Shown: positions 12,422-24,872 of the stretch, one piece after another
Position numbering within the stretch: position 1 is the stretch's first letter
Layout: every line of letters starts with the position of its first letter
Assembly: GCA_013239625.1 (NCBI GenBank)
Contig: MU053629.1
Span: 4,181,567 to 4,245,566, forward strand
Direction of reading: 5' to 3'
Length of the DNA stretch: 64,000 nucleotides
Source of the DNA: Lama guanicoe
Lineage: Eukaryota
Program-made: the position numbers and the translations under genes
The notes under the pieces: generated by a model
Told to the model about the DNA's origin: nothing
Databases searched by the model: none
What the model saw: only the letters and a program-made list of their open reading frames with translations

Positions 12422-15400
12422 GGTATCAAAACATATCATTCCCCGCTGGTTTAAAAACTCTTCAGTAACTTCCCAGGGAGTCCAAGTGGAGCCTGGTCGC
12501 TTTAGCCAGGTTTACGAGGCCCCATCTGCACAGTTTGGCTTCCATCTGCTTCTGCAGCTACAGGTCCCCAAGCCTTAGTCATCTCCCTCTCTTCCACCCC
12601 AGTGCCCAGCACAGTACCCGGCATGGGCAGGCCCTCAATAAGTGTTTACTATGTGAATTTAAAAGAAGTAGATTTTAATGACTCATGCTTTAACCAAAGC
12701 CTTTGGGTGTAGTCAGTCAGGCCTGGGATGCCAGAGGAGTGACAAATGGTGGGAACTTCAGGCACAGCGACCACGATGGTGCTGGGAGACCAGGAGAGAG
12801 GTAGCCTTGTCTGAGTGGGGAGAGGGGTGGCCTTTCAGACCCCCTGCATCCTGCTCTCTCCACCGACCACACCGATCCCATTACTTAAACTGCTTGTCCT
12901 TCTGCCCACAGTGAGGTTTATCAACTCTTTGCTTTCCAAGGTACCAGAGGAGGTGAAAGTCTTGGGACCACATCCTCCTCCTCGTCTGATGCAGTTTGTG
13001 GTCATCCGCAGGTTGAAACCAACGAAACAGCGAAGGGCTGGAAATAATCCCTGATGGGAGAGCTGCTTCCCCGGCCCCTCCGGCCCCCCTGAGTCCTGCC
13101 AAGGGCACGCTGGTCTGCGGGGCCCAATCCCTGTCGGTCTGGGTGTGGTTATTGCCTGGAGGGCTCCTTCCCTCCACTGCAGCCCCGCCCCATCGGCATC
13201 TTTTCCCGTCATGTGGACGTGGCTGGAGAAAGCAGGAAGAAAGGCGGGGCCATTCGGTTTTGTTTTAAGAAAACCCTCCTTTCTGATTTGTGTTAGTGTT
13301 GGGCGCAGAGAGTGGCAAGTGTTTAAAACGAATAGGTGATTTGGGCTTCGTCTGGTGTTTGGAAGGGAGGGTTATCTGGGCCGTGAGCCTTCCGTGACAC
13401 TGACCTCTGGGATGGAGCCGGCCCCCCTCACCTGGATGACCAACCTCCAGGGCACAGGTGTAAACCTCCCCTCCCGCTCCCTTGGATCTGCCCTCCCCAC
13501 TTGCCTGGGGTCATCTTTCTAAAGGACAGACCTTGCCCTGATACCTCCATGCTTCCAGCCATCCTAGCTAGCAGCACCTCCAGGCTACTTTGGCTTGTCC
13601 CCCCCAGTCTGCGTGGTGCCTCCCATCTCCTGACACTCAGTCTGGCCCTGGGTGGCTCTGGTAAGGAACTTCCCACCCTGGCAGCCAAAGACACTCCGAA
13701 GTTCCCTATTTGCTGCAGACAGACAGGGAGGGATTCACTTGGATGCTAGAATCGTCTGTGGAGTGAATAGTTTCAAATACAGCTGCCATCCTAGGAAGAG
13801 AGCGGCGAAAATCGCTGGAATTCAAACCGGTCACTCTTTGCCCGTAAAGGTTGAGAGTCCTCACCCTGGCTTGAGTTCTGCATGCCTTCCCCATTCTTCC
13901 CAGGTTATTTCTTGCCTCCCTGCTCTGCCTCATGCCTGTGGAATGTCCCAAACCTATGTCAGCTAGCTTCCTCTGTGGAATTCTATCTTGATCTCCTCCA
14001 GGAAGTGGCCTTCGGACACCCCTTGCTCTCAACCACTACCAAGTGTCCTTGCCCTGTGCCCTTGCCGAGCACAGCCAAGTCTTAGCACTCGTCTGTTTTG
14101 GGGTCTTTCTTTTCAGTCCCAGACAGTGAGCCCTTTGAGGGCAGGGGCTCCGTGGGGCTGGTATGTGGCTGGCAGGAGGCTGGCATCTGAGTGACTCCTT
14201 ACATATCACTAATTTGGACCGCAGGGCAGCCTTGCCTTGCGTGAGCTCTGTTCTCTGGACTGCACTGATTCCAAACTGAGCTTTTGGCCCTTCCCTGTGC
14301 CTTGTGGTTTATGACTTAATATATTGAAATAGACACGTGTGCTTCCTTTTCATCTGGGAAGAAGGAGGAATAGTGGAAATCTAGAAACTTCACTGATCTG
14401 GAGGTTAAGATAAAATTAGGAAGATCAAAGAAGATATTACTTATTACAAATATTCCATAAATCTGGGCTTGTTTGAAATAGGTTTATTTTCCATAGGTTG
14501 GCCTTTTTCTCACAGCTCAATTCTCCTTAAAGGCAGAGGGACCAGTTCAGATTCACCCTCATGTCCCCTGAGCCTAGCACTGAGCCAGACACAGAGTGGT
14601 CACTTAATGAATACTTCTCAAGTGAATGCATGGGATGAAAAAAATATGTGTTTTGGATTTTTTTTAGTGCTTGGTGAGTAGAAAATTCCCATGGCTTCTT
14701 CGTTCGTAAGACACGATTTCCGTTGTAAATTCTCTGTGTACGGGAATGCTTTTTGTGCAGAATGCTTGCCTGGACTGAAAAATGCTTTGTGGTAACAGTT
14801 TTGAGAAATTGAGTCGTACTTTGATTGAACCTGGGTGACCTTGTGCGTGTTGCTGTCACCCTCTGGGACTCATGACCCTTATCTGTAAAATGGGTGAGCA
14901 GTAGAGCGGACCACGGGGCTTCCAAGAGCCTGTGCTCTCCTGCCGCGTGCAATTCTCACATCCTCCTCCTTGGCGATGAGACACAGAGCGTGTCCTCAGG
15001 GTTTCGTGCAGAGAGCTGGAATTCTCCCTGTGCCTCTGACTGGGTTCCAGTGGGTTGAATGCCTGGTTTCTCAGGAGCGGAGAGAAATGTTAATGTGGGG
15101 TTAGGAAAGCAAGCCAAGAATCCTCGAATAATTAATATGCACATGCAGGGATGGGGAGGGAAACACGCTTTGCAGACAGAGGGTGAGTGAAACCTGATGG
15201 ACTGAGAAAGCCCCAGCGCTGAACTTCACATGACCCCGCGTGCTGCCTGCCCTGGGGACAGCCGCGTGCCCCCTGCACACGGCCGGTCTGGGAGGCCAGC
15301 GGCCGCGGCCCCGCAGGAAGCAGCGCTGCCATCAGTCTGGCTGAGCGTGTGAAGCCGGTTTCCCGCTCCACGGCCTGGTTCCCACCCACCCGTGACTCCG

Positions 15401-15869
15401 GGCAACACGGAACCACGCCCCCCGGGCGGGTCGGAGCGCGAAACTCACTCAGAAAACAACATCCCGGCCCATTAGTGGTGTCTGTGCAACAAAGGACCAA
15501 GAAGGATTTCTGCTTTTTCTACGGGTTCTCTACTGAGATCAGCAGATTGTCCTTAAGGATGGTGGTACCCTGTGCTTTCTGAGCTGTCCGAGGTCCTCCG
15601 TTGATGAACTGGTGCACTCACTCACTGCATGGGTGTCTATCTGTGAGACCCTGGGGAATAGGAATAAATAAAATACTGTCTCTGCCCTTGAACTTCAATT
15701 CGAGTTGGGGGATAGGACTCATAAACATGCAGAGGTATAGGGGTCTCCAATCAAGGCACACACGACGGCACATCGAGAGAGTTACCACCTGCAGTCTGGG
15801 GGGAGGCACACTGCAGTCATGTAGCCCATTCGATAATTCCGTAATAGTTAGCTCTATATGACCCACCAT

Positions 15870-16065
15870 TTTTTGAAATAAACTTTTTATTTTGGAATAA
15901 TTGTGGATTTATAGAAAAATTGCAAAGGTAACACGGAGAGTTCCCGTGTTCCCCCTCACCTGGATTTCCCTGGTGTTAACATCTCACGTCACCATGGTGC
16001 CTGTGTCAGAAATTAAGAAACCAGTGTCCGTGTGTTACTGTTAATACAACTCCAGACTTTATTTA
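15870..16065 (-). mobile_element. Old L1M (L1MC/ME-type) 3' end fragment
   Basis: tttttattttggaataatt...atagaaaaattgcaaag...gagagttcc...ctcacc...gttaacatc pattern. Confidence 0.6.
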
Positions 16066-16094
16066 ATCAACCTTAAAAAAAAGAAAGCTTTACA

Positions 16095-17455
16095 AAGTTT
16101 TACTGGCGTATAATTCATATACCGTAAAGTTCACTCTTTTAAGGTGTACAATTCATTGGTTTTTAGTGTATTAACAGAATTCCATAATCAGCACCAATAT
16201 CTAATTTTAGAATTTATTTATCACCCCAGAAGGAAGCCTCATGCCCATCAGCAGCCTCTCCCCCTCTCCCCCCTACCTTCTAGTCCAGGAAACATGATCT
16301 GTTTTCTGTCTCTCTGGGTTTGCCTCTGTTGGACACTTCATATTTATGGAGTCATACAATATGTGGTCCTATGTGGCTTCTTTTACTTAATATCATGTTT
16401 TCAAGGTTCATGTTGTAACATATATCAGTGCTTCATTCCTTTTTTCAAATAAGATTCCATTGTATGGCTATACCACACTTTATCCATTCGTCAGTTGATA
16501 GACATTTGGTATATTTCTCCTTTTTGGTTATTGTGAATAATACTGCTGTGAACATTGGTGTTCGAATTTTTGTGTGGTCATGTTTTCGCTTCTCTTGGGT
16601 ACATCTCGAGGTGTAGAATTACTGGGTCATTTGTTACTTTATGTTTAACTTTTCAAGGAACTGCCAGATTCTCTTCCAAAGTGGCTGTACCATGTTACAG
16701 GTCCATGTGGCAGTGTTTGAGGGTTCCAATTTTGCCAACACTTTTTATTGTCTGTCTCTTTTAGGCCTCCTACCAGGTGTGAAGTGGTATCTCGTTGTGG
16801 TTGTGATTTGCATTTGCCTAGTAGCTAATGATACTGAGCATCTTTTTCATGTGCTTGCTGGCCGTTTGTATGTCTCTTTTAGAGAAATGTCTGTTCAGAT
16901 CCTTTGCCCATTTTTTCATTCGGTTGTCTTCCTCTTGTTGAATTTGTAAGAGTTCTTTACATATTGTGGATACAAGTTCTGTTTTCGGATAGATGTTGGC
17001 AAATATTTTCTCCCACTCCATGCATTGCCTTCTCACTTTCATGATGGTGTCCTTTGAAGCACGAAAGGTTTTATTTTTGATGAAGCGGAATTTATTTATT
17101 TTTCACCTTTGTTGCTCTTGCTTTTGGTGTCATGTCTAAGGAACCATTGTTTAACCCAAGGTCACGAAGATTTACTTCCTTGTTTTCTTCTAAGGGCTTT
17201 GTAATTTTAGCTCTTATACTTTGGTGTTTGATCCATTTTGATTTAATTTTTGTATATGATAGGAGGTGGGGGTCCAACTTCATCAGGTTGGTCAAGCACT
17301 CTTTGAAAAGACTGTTCTTTTGCCACTGGATGGTCTTGTCACCCTTGTCAAAAATCAGTGACCATAAAAGTAAGGTCTATTTCTGGACTCTCAGTTCTGT
17401 TCCATTGATCTGTGTGTTCATCCTCATGCCAGTCTTGACTACTGTAGTTTCGCAG
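16095..17455 (-). mobile_element. L1MB-like LINE: 3' UTR plus degenerate ORF2 C-terminus
   Basis: Minus-strand peptides MEWEKIFANIY...KKWAKDLNRHFSKRDIQTASKHMKK and LDPHLLSYTKIKSKWIK...LEEN...DLGLNNGSLDMTPKA are L1 ORF2 remnants, frameshifted. Confidence 0.92.
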
Positions 17456-17484
17456 TATTAATCAACTTTTTAAAAACGTGTTTT

Positions 17485-17760
17485 TTAATAATATACCTTG
17501 TTCTAAAAAAAAAGAATATGAGGTAACTCTCAAATACAGTGAATAAAAACAGAATAAGAGACAGACAAGGAAATTCAGGGAAAAAGAGAAAAGGATTGGA
17601 AAATAAGATGAGATCAAAGGTAATGTTAGTATACAGTACTGCATATTACAAACAAAGTAATGTGAGATTGTTAGATGCGGCTGGCAAATTTGGCTCTGAG
17701 CTTCCTAGCAGCCAAAGGTAAAATGGAAATGTGACCTCTGACAAGAGTAACGTAAGTGTC
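17485..17760 (-). mobile_element. Ancient L2-type (L2d-like) fragment
   Basis: ataccttgttctaaaaa...gaggtaact and aaatttggctctgagcttcctagcagccaaag motifs recalled from ancient L2 families. Confidence 0.4.
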
Positions 17761-19587
17761 CATAAGATTTTTTTTCTTTACTTTTTTTTCCCCTTGAGGG
17801 AGGAACCTAGTACTTTCAGGGACTTCAGCATGAGAGCCTTTCTCCTGTAGGTTCCAGGAACCAGAGTCTTGAGCACATAACTGTTTCAGTTGTGTTAATC
17901 CTGTCCCTTTAGATGGATAGCTCTTTGAAGACAGGAACTGTGTCTTATTTCCCTCACACATCATGCCGAGGACAGGACATGGAGGTGCTTAAAAAATCTT
18001 GATTGACTTCTTTCTAAAGTTCAGAATGTTTATTTCATCCTTTGCTGGCATTTCTCCAACTGGGTTAGGTTTCGTTGAGACTAATTTGGAGGTAGAGCAG
18101 TGAAGGGGTCGCCCTTCTGGGCTGCGCTATTTCTTGCATTCAGGTCCTGGAGAGCTGGCTGAGCAGCGGGGAGCACTGGGCGGCTTTGCCCTGAGAGATG
18201 GACGACAGCGACCTAGAAGGGCAGCGCGTGGCTTCCCCCCGCCTTGGAGCCCACCCACCTCCCCACCTCCTCCGTGCTGGAGCGCCCTTTCTGCTCACCG
18301 TCTCTCACAAGCCTTCCAGCTTCCCTCCTGAACGGAAAAATCCACCGTGTGTGAGGGAGGTCCTGGCCCAAAGCGGTCAGCTTCTGGTAGAACTGGGGCC
18401 ACCGCCACCTATGGTTGTGTTTGGCACAGGCCTGGCCCCTCTACAGAGAGGCCCACCCAGACAGGCGCCCTCACTTGGGGGGAGGAACAAGCTGCCTTTA
18501 ACTGACTGCGTGTGTCGTGTTGGGTGGCCCTCTCCATCCCGCCCCTGTAAAGGGCTTTGCTATTTTTCAGTAGCATCCTTTTTTAAAATTTTACTTTTAT
18601 TTTTTGATAGATTTGAACACCAGCCTCTAGGGGAGGTTTATCATTATTTCACAGGTTACAGATGGGGGCCTCCGGGTGTGAGCCACACAGCTGGTGCCCT
18701 GCCAAGAGGTGACTCCAGCCTGGGGAATCCTGACTTTGACTCCATCCTCTCCTTCCTTATCTACCTGCCCTGCCCCTCACCCCCAGTCTTCATTTAGTTT
18801 AGGATTTAAGAGTGAGAGGCCTGCACTCCTTCTGCCCTGGGCACCTTTGGACAAGTGAATGCAGTTTCCTTTGAAGTTACATTTGCCCCCTGGCCTCTCA
18901 GAGATCACCTTCTGCCCTGCCAGCCCTGTGCCCGGAGCGACCTTGTGATCAGAGAAGAATGTAGATGTCAAGTTACCACCTGTAGCTGACAGAGAACGTT
19001 TCCTTTCTCTGTCGGATCCATCCTGGGACAGAGGGCTCACCCATCTCAGGGGGTTGGGTGGGCATCACCGTGGCCGTGACTGTGGTGTCGTCTTATTTGA
19101 GCCTGGCTGCGGTACAAGGAGGCAGGGTGGGTGTGGTTAACCCACCTGTGCCCACAGGGACCCTGAATTGCCTGGGGTCACCAGGTGGTCAGGGTCAGAG
19201 GTGAGCGCAGAAGCCGGTCTCTGACTCCCAGCCCCTTGCTCCGCCCCAGCCTTTGAACAAAATGTATGTCAAGTTGCTTAAGCAAACTGAGAATTCCTGG
19301 AACTCTAGAGCTGTGAGGGCCTCCGGGAAGTGCTTTGTTACCTGCTGATGAGACGCAAGGAAGGTCTTCACTCCCACGGAAGTGGAGTCTCACCCACACT
19401 CATGGGTTTCTTTGTACCTCCAGTGCCTAGCTGTGTTCTCAGCCGTCTTGACCGTTCCCCTGACCCCAGGTGAGAGACATGTGTCTTCTGAGGCATGATT
19501 TTCTCATCAGTAGAGCGGGAATGAGGATGTCTGGTAACCTCTGACCTGGAGTGATGTTGAGGCTGAAATAAGATGTAATGACGTGAA

Positions 19588-19925
19588 CTCATTCGTTCAT
19601 TCATTCACATCTTGATAACCTTCACTCTGCCAGGCCCTGGGTTCCGTCGTGAACAGAGACAGCCCCTGCCCTGAGACAAGACACTTGCAGTCTGGGGAAC
19701 CCACACTGCAGACGATGGGGGCCATGAGTGAGGAGGACGGAGAGGGAGCCTGAGAGCTGTAGACAGGGGGACCTGAGTCTGGTTGGGGAAGGAGTGGTAG
19801 TCAGGGAAGGCTTCCCCGAGGAAGTGACCTTTGAGCTGTAGTCCAAAGGGGGAGTTGGGGTCACCAGAAGAGATAGGTGACGAGCAGCCTGGGCAGAGGG
19901 AAAGGCAAGCGCAGAAGCCCTGATG
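19588..19925 (-). mobile_element. L2 LINE 3' fragment
   Basis: cattcgttcattcattca tail; gtcagggaaggcttccccgaggaagtgacctttgagctg; gggcagagggaaaggcaagcgcagaagccctga. Confidence 0.8.
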
Positions 19926-21588
19926 GAGGAGCGTTTAACAACAGATCAACGTCTGCCTAGAGGACCGTGGATGTTTGCTGTCTAGCATCTCCTGTTAGAT
20001 TTCCTTCAGCGGGTCTTTTTGGAGCAACTTTTGGGTGCCAAGTGCATCAAGGTGCTGGGGGCAATTCCCAGATAAATCAGGATATGATGGTTGACCTGAG
20101 GGCCTCCAAGGCACAGCCCTGCCGTATGCATCTCCACATCCACAGAGCCTGGCGCTGTGTGGGCAGAAAGGACCACTGGCCATGTTGCCCTAGGATGCAG
20201 ACCTGTACCCAGCCATGCCAGGCAGCTTAGAAATCTTCCCCGGAGAGTATCACACGACCTCTGGCTGGGGACCTGCACTTTGACTGTCGGGTCCATCTTG
20301 GGACAGAGGGGCTTTCCCGTCTCAGGGCGCTGGGGTGGGCATCGCTGTGGCCATGACCGTGGTGTCCCGAGCAAGTGCTTGGCTGGGGAAGCACGCGGTG
20401 CAAGGGGGCTGCTGCGATGATGGTGGTGGTTATTCCTAGCGGTCCTAGGGGTAATCTTCAAAGTAAGCACCATAGGAAATCAAAGAAGGAGGGTCCCTGG
20501 CGCCAGGAATGCCGGGGAGGGGGGTACCCACTAGGCATGGGGGAAATGGATGCGTGTTCAGTGAGCTGGGCACATGGTTTCTTAACCCCTGGGAAACGAC
20601 CCAGCCTGCTTTCTCCTTCATGGTCATAGAAGAATCTCATGACTGGAAACAATGGTGTGTCCATTTTGGAAGGCTAAGGTCGGGAGGTAAGAAAGCAGAT
20701 AAATGCAATGTTTATCTCGGAAAAAGTTGTAAACTGGCTTGGAGATCCCCACTTCCTCCAGGAAGCCGTCCTGGACTCCTTCACCCCATTCTCCTGGGCC
20801 CTCCGTCTCCCCAGCACCTGAACACGCACTGTGAGTTCGTCTTTGCGTCTCCTTTTGGAAGGTTGGCTCCTTGAGGTCTGGGGCTATGGCTGGCCTGTCT
20901 TGTGGAGCAACTGGGGAGAGCCCTGATCCATTTTGGATGCATAAATTTCTGGAAGCCTCACAGGCTGAAACACACTCAGCTCTTCAGACCTCAAAATCCA
21001 GCTGCTTTCCTGCCTGCCCGACTGGCCTCGCTCACATGGTGACCCCGGGTTCTGCCCAGAAGGAACTAGTTGGCATGATTTTGTTCGGTCAGACCTGGAA
21101 GGCAGAAGAGAGCCACTGTCGGAACCAGTGGGACCGCAGCCCTCGAAAGTCCAACTCCTCCGTTTCGCAGAGGAGGAAGCCATATGCCCCAAAGCAGAAG
21201 GGGTGGTGGGGCCACCCCTCGGGTTCAGGTCCCGGGCTCCTGAGCCCCAGCCCCACACAGCCCTCACTGCACAGCGTGGCCACCCCCTTTTGATCATTAG
21301 GAAGTCACAGGTCCCCAAGTGGGGTTTGAGCAGGTGGTGTTGGGTGTGAGACCCGGGTGGGTGTGAGGATGTTTCCCGACCTGCTGGGAAGCCCTCCAAG
21401 CTCATGGGAAGGAGATGTGGTTTATTGAGCACGGATTTGCAGACCTTCCTTAGAGAGCTCTCGTTAACTTTAAAATGCCTGCAGACCTGATCAAGTAGTG
21501 ATGTTTTAGTGATGCTTTAGAGGGCACATAATACAAGCACAGTGTATAGCTCATTTGTAGTCAGAACTTCTTAAGAGTCTGAAGTTCA

Positions 21589-21679
21589 GGGGGCAGGCAA
21601 CAGCTCAGTGGTAGAGTGCATGCTTAGCATGCATGAGGTCCTGGGTTCGATCCCCAGTGCCTCTATTTAGGGGAAAAAA
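21589..21679 (+). mobile_element. Vic-1-like tRNA-derived SINE with 16-bp TSD
   Basis: GGGGGCAGGCAACAGCTCAGTGGTAGAGTGCATGCTTAGCATGCATGAGGTCCTGGGTTCGATCCCCAG plus an A tail, flanked by aagagtctgaagttca (21573-21588) and aagggtctggagttca (21680-21695). Confidence 0.9.
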
Positions 21680-23899
21680 AAGGGTCTGGAGTTCATTCTC
21701 CCACGGTGCTTGCGGCGGGTGCTGCCTGGCACAGTGTGCGTGCCCTCCATTGCAGAGCGAGGCCCAGGTGGGGGGCTGCCCAGCCCCACCGAGAGCGGCG
21801 AGCACGAGTGAAGACAAGGATGCGCTCTCCTCTTTGGAGAGCAGGCTTAGAGTAGAGCAAAGCTAATGTTATTTTCTGCTAATAAATGGCAGTTCTTATT
21901 TTGTTTGATTTCTGGTGGCCTTTGATATTTGCCAAAACGGTCGCACCCCGTCACTGAGGAAGGGACTGGGCCGGGCAGACTCTGATCCACAGGCATCTCA
22001 CTTTTACACCAGATTAGAAGTTGTGGGCAGGGGCGATTAATTTGTCACAAAAAGCTCCCAGTCTAAATGAAGTCTTCTCAGGCAGTGCCTTTCTCCAGGA
22101 GGCTCTCATCCAGTGTAGGGTGCGAAATACCCTGCTGGTTTCAAAGAGCCGGGTGAGGCTTTGCGCCATCTCAGCGTGAAGTGGAGATGCGGAGTCCTGA
22201 ATACCTCGTGGGATAAAAAGGCTGGTTTCCTAAGCTGTCTTTCAAGACACAACCCCAAACGCTGCCTTCCGAGTGGTGCCTTCTTGGGGAGCCCCGGCCC
22301 CGTGAGGTCTGCCCTTTCTAACAGCGTCTCTTCATCGGGTCCTCCTTGGCCCAGGGCATCTCCCACCGTGCCGTGCACAGAGGAGACCCGAGCTGATGCG
22401 GGTGCACACCAGTGACCGCGTGTGGAGTTCCCGTCACAGGTGACATAAACTGGGCAGCTGGGTGCTGAGATGCACGTTTGTGAGTCGTTGTGACAGAGGA
22501 GGCCAGGTGAGGGAAGATGCAAGGGTGGGATGAGACGGAGGCCGGCACCTGGGGAACAGCCATACAGAGGGGATGGGGAGAAGGAGGCAAAGCAAGACGG
22601 TGCCCGGGGACACTGGAGGCACGGGTGACGAGGCCTCGCAGCAGGAGGAAGTGAACAGAATTGCTCGTCCAGGAGGCTGAGGCGTGCAAAGCCCATGCTT
22701 TGGATTTTGTAACTTGGAGATCACTAGTGAGCTTGTTAAGGTGGTCACAGTGGCGTGCTGGGGCCCGAGGCCCATGCAGCACGTCCCGGGGTGAGTGGGA
22801 GGCGAGGAAGTGGAAACGGAGGGTGTGAGTTAGCGCTCCTGCTACAGCTCACCTGTGCGGGGAGGGCAGCCACCGGGTGGGAGCTGGAGAGGGACCTGGG
22901 TCCGGGGTGACCCATGGATGGGGGGAGCCTTAGTGCTTTCACAGGCCAAGTAAATGGAATCATTGGTTAAGGAGACACGTAGAACCCAGGCCAAGTTGTA
23001 CTTGGACTTGCCCAAGGCACCCATAAAATTCCGATCCATCCACACTCAGGGGATCAGAGCAAATGGGTTATTTTGTAAGAGGTTTATAGTCCAAAGGCAA
23101 AATTGCCTAAGCTAGCTTCCGAAAGTAAAACAATCAAGGCAAGTTGGTACTATTAAAATGAAATAACACAGGTTGGATTTTTCTAGTAACTTCAAAGGGT
23201 AAAGGCTATGGGTTTAGTAAGCCCCTTGTATCTGTCTCACTAGGGAATTTTTTTGTCGCTGTCGTTGCTGCCTTTTGTTAGCACCCGCCATGCCCCTCTG
23301 GAGCACACTGAGTGCTTCACAGGGGAGGGAGAGAGAGTGTGGGGTGGACTTCGCCCTGAGTGAGGCATGGAGTGGGTAAGAGCCTCCGGCAGCCCAAGGG
23401 GACCTGCCACAGCTTGGAGTCAGACGGGGTGTCATGGTAACAGTCCTGCGGGCACTCCGTGCCACGCCTTCGGATGTACCACTCACCTTGAAGTTACAAG
23501 GTGTGGCCTCTGCCCTGGTGACATTAGTATCTGAAGGGGCGGCCTGGCAAAATGTCCGCATTGGGGATGATCACATCACGAAGCTAAGACTAGGATCAGG
23601 GATGGGGTGGAGAGGGCGGATACGGGGGCAGGGCAGAGGCCAGAGGTGGAATAGGGTGGCCTGGGAACACTGCGTGCGTGGGGGGGTGGGAGCCCCGTCC
23701 TGGGCGTGCCCCCCTGTATCTTACAGGTGAGGAGTCAGGCCTGGAAAGGCCGAGGCTTTGTGTGGCTCAGCAGCAGCTGCAGGACTGGAACTCAGGCCTC
23801 CCTTGAGGTCAAGTGCGTGTTGCTGTTGTCAGGGGGCCTGCCAGGTGGGGACTCTGCCTCCCTCTGCGTCCACGTGGCGTCTGCAACACCAGGAATGAC

Positions 23900-24345
23900 A
23901 CTGGAGGCCTTCGGTGTCCGTGTCTGTGCAGAGGCTGCGCGGCTTCCTGCAGCCCGGCCCCCTGGGTCCCGGCCGAGGGGCAGCTGGCCGGCCAGCGCCA
24001 CTGAGTCACCCTCTGGCGTGGGGCCCGGCGGGGATTTCCACGCGGCCCGTGTTGTCTTCTCGTTGTTTCCTGTCGGGCTGTGACGCAGGCCGCCTGCCAG
24101 CAGGCGCCGGGGGGCGCTCCCGCCCGCCCCGTGACCCCCCCCCAAAGCCGGGGCCCTGGAGGGGGTGGGGGGCCCCGGCAGGGTGTGCCCGGGGCTGTGG
24201 GTGGGCAGCTGTCTGGGCCCTGGGGCGGCTGCAGATGGGCCGGGAGGATGGCTGCCCATCAGGACGGAAGGTCTTGCTGGGAGTGAGCGCTCGCTCAGGA
24301 GGACCGGGTTACTGCGTACTTGGGCGTCGAGGGTCATAAAAACTC
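23900..24345 (+). promoter_or_regulatory. CpG/GC-rich intronic island, candidate alternative promoter or enhancer
   Basis: Dense CpG. AP-1 TGAGTCA 24002-24008, NF-kB GGGGATTTCC 24030-24039, CRE-like TGACGCA 24081-24087, GC boxes CCCGCCCGCCCC 24119-24130, TATA-like CATAAAAA 24335-24342. Confidence 0.6.
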
Positions 24346-24674
24346 AGCTTGGCCTAAAACGCCCTCTTTATCTGCTGACAAGAACGTTTGTGAAGAAAAA
24401 CACAATGTTCAGCCGTTCCATTTACACACTTAAGGGAGTGATTCCAGTAGTATATCTGATTTCTTGAGGTTTTTCTAAAATACCCACATAGCTCTTTGTC
24501 AGCTTCTAATGCATCTGTTTCTCGATCTGAGAATATTCTGCTTAAAAAGAAAAATCTCTGCTGATACGATCTCTGTATATTCATGCATTTTTCCTCCGGA
24601 ACTTCCTGCATCTCCTGTACTGTGCTAGGCAGTTTACCAGCGTGATCTCATTTCATTCGTATCGCTGTAGTCAA

Positions 24675-24872
24675 AGGCTGTGTCGTGTAGTGTTGTAACC
24701 ACTGCCCACAGGTGGCTGTTTAAATATCAGGTAATTGAGTACCATTCTAGAATCCAGTTTCTGAGTCACGCGAGCCACATTTCAGGGCCTCAGCTGCCAC
24801 ATGTGGCTAGTGGCTTCCTCGCTGGACAGCACGGAGGGGGGCATGGTCATCATTACAGAAAATTCTAGTGCT
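24675..24872. mobile_element. MER3 (hAT-Charlie) DNA transposon nested in a minus-strand MIR (24605-24990)
   Basis: gccacatttcagggcctcagctgccacatgtggctagtggct...tggacagcac...catcattacagaaaattcta. MIR halves lie on both sides. Confidence 0.75.

Noticed and set aside
16818..17295. ORFs with protein-like sequence (WEKIFAN..., LDPHLLSYTKI...)
   Set aside because: Frameshifted L1 ORF2 remnants, not a host gene or an active element.
21589..21665. tRNA-Ala-like gene (also at 43474-43540 and 6010-6081)
   Set aside because: A-rich tails, TSDs and broken stems identify these as tRNA-derived SINEs, not functional tRNAs.
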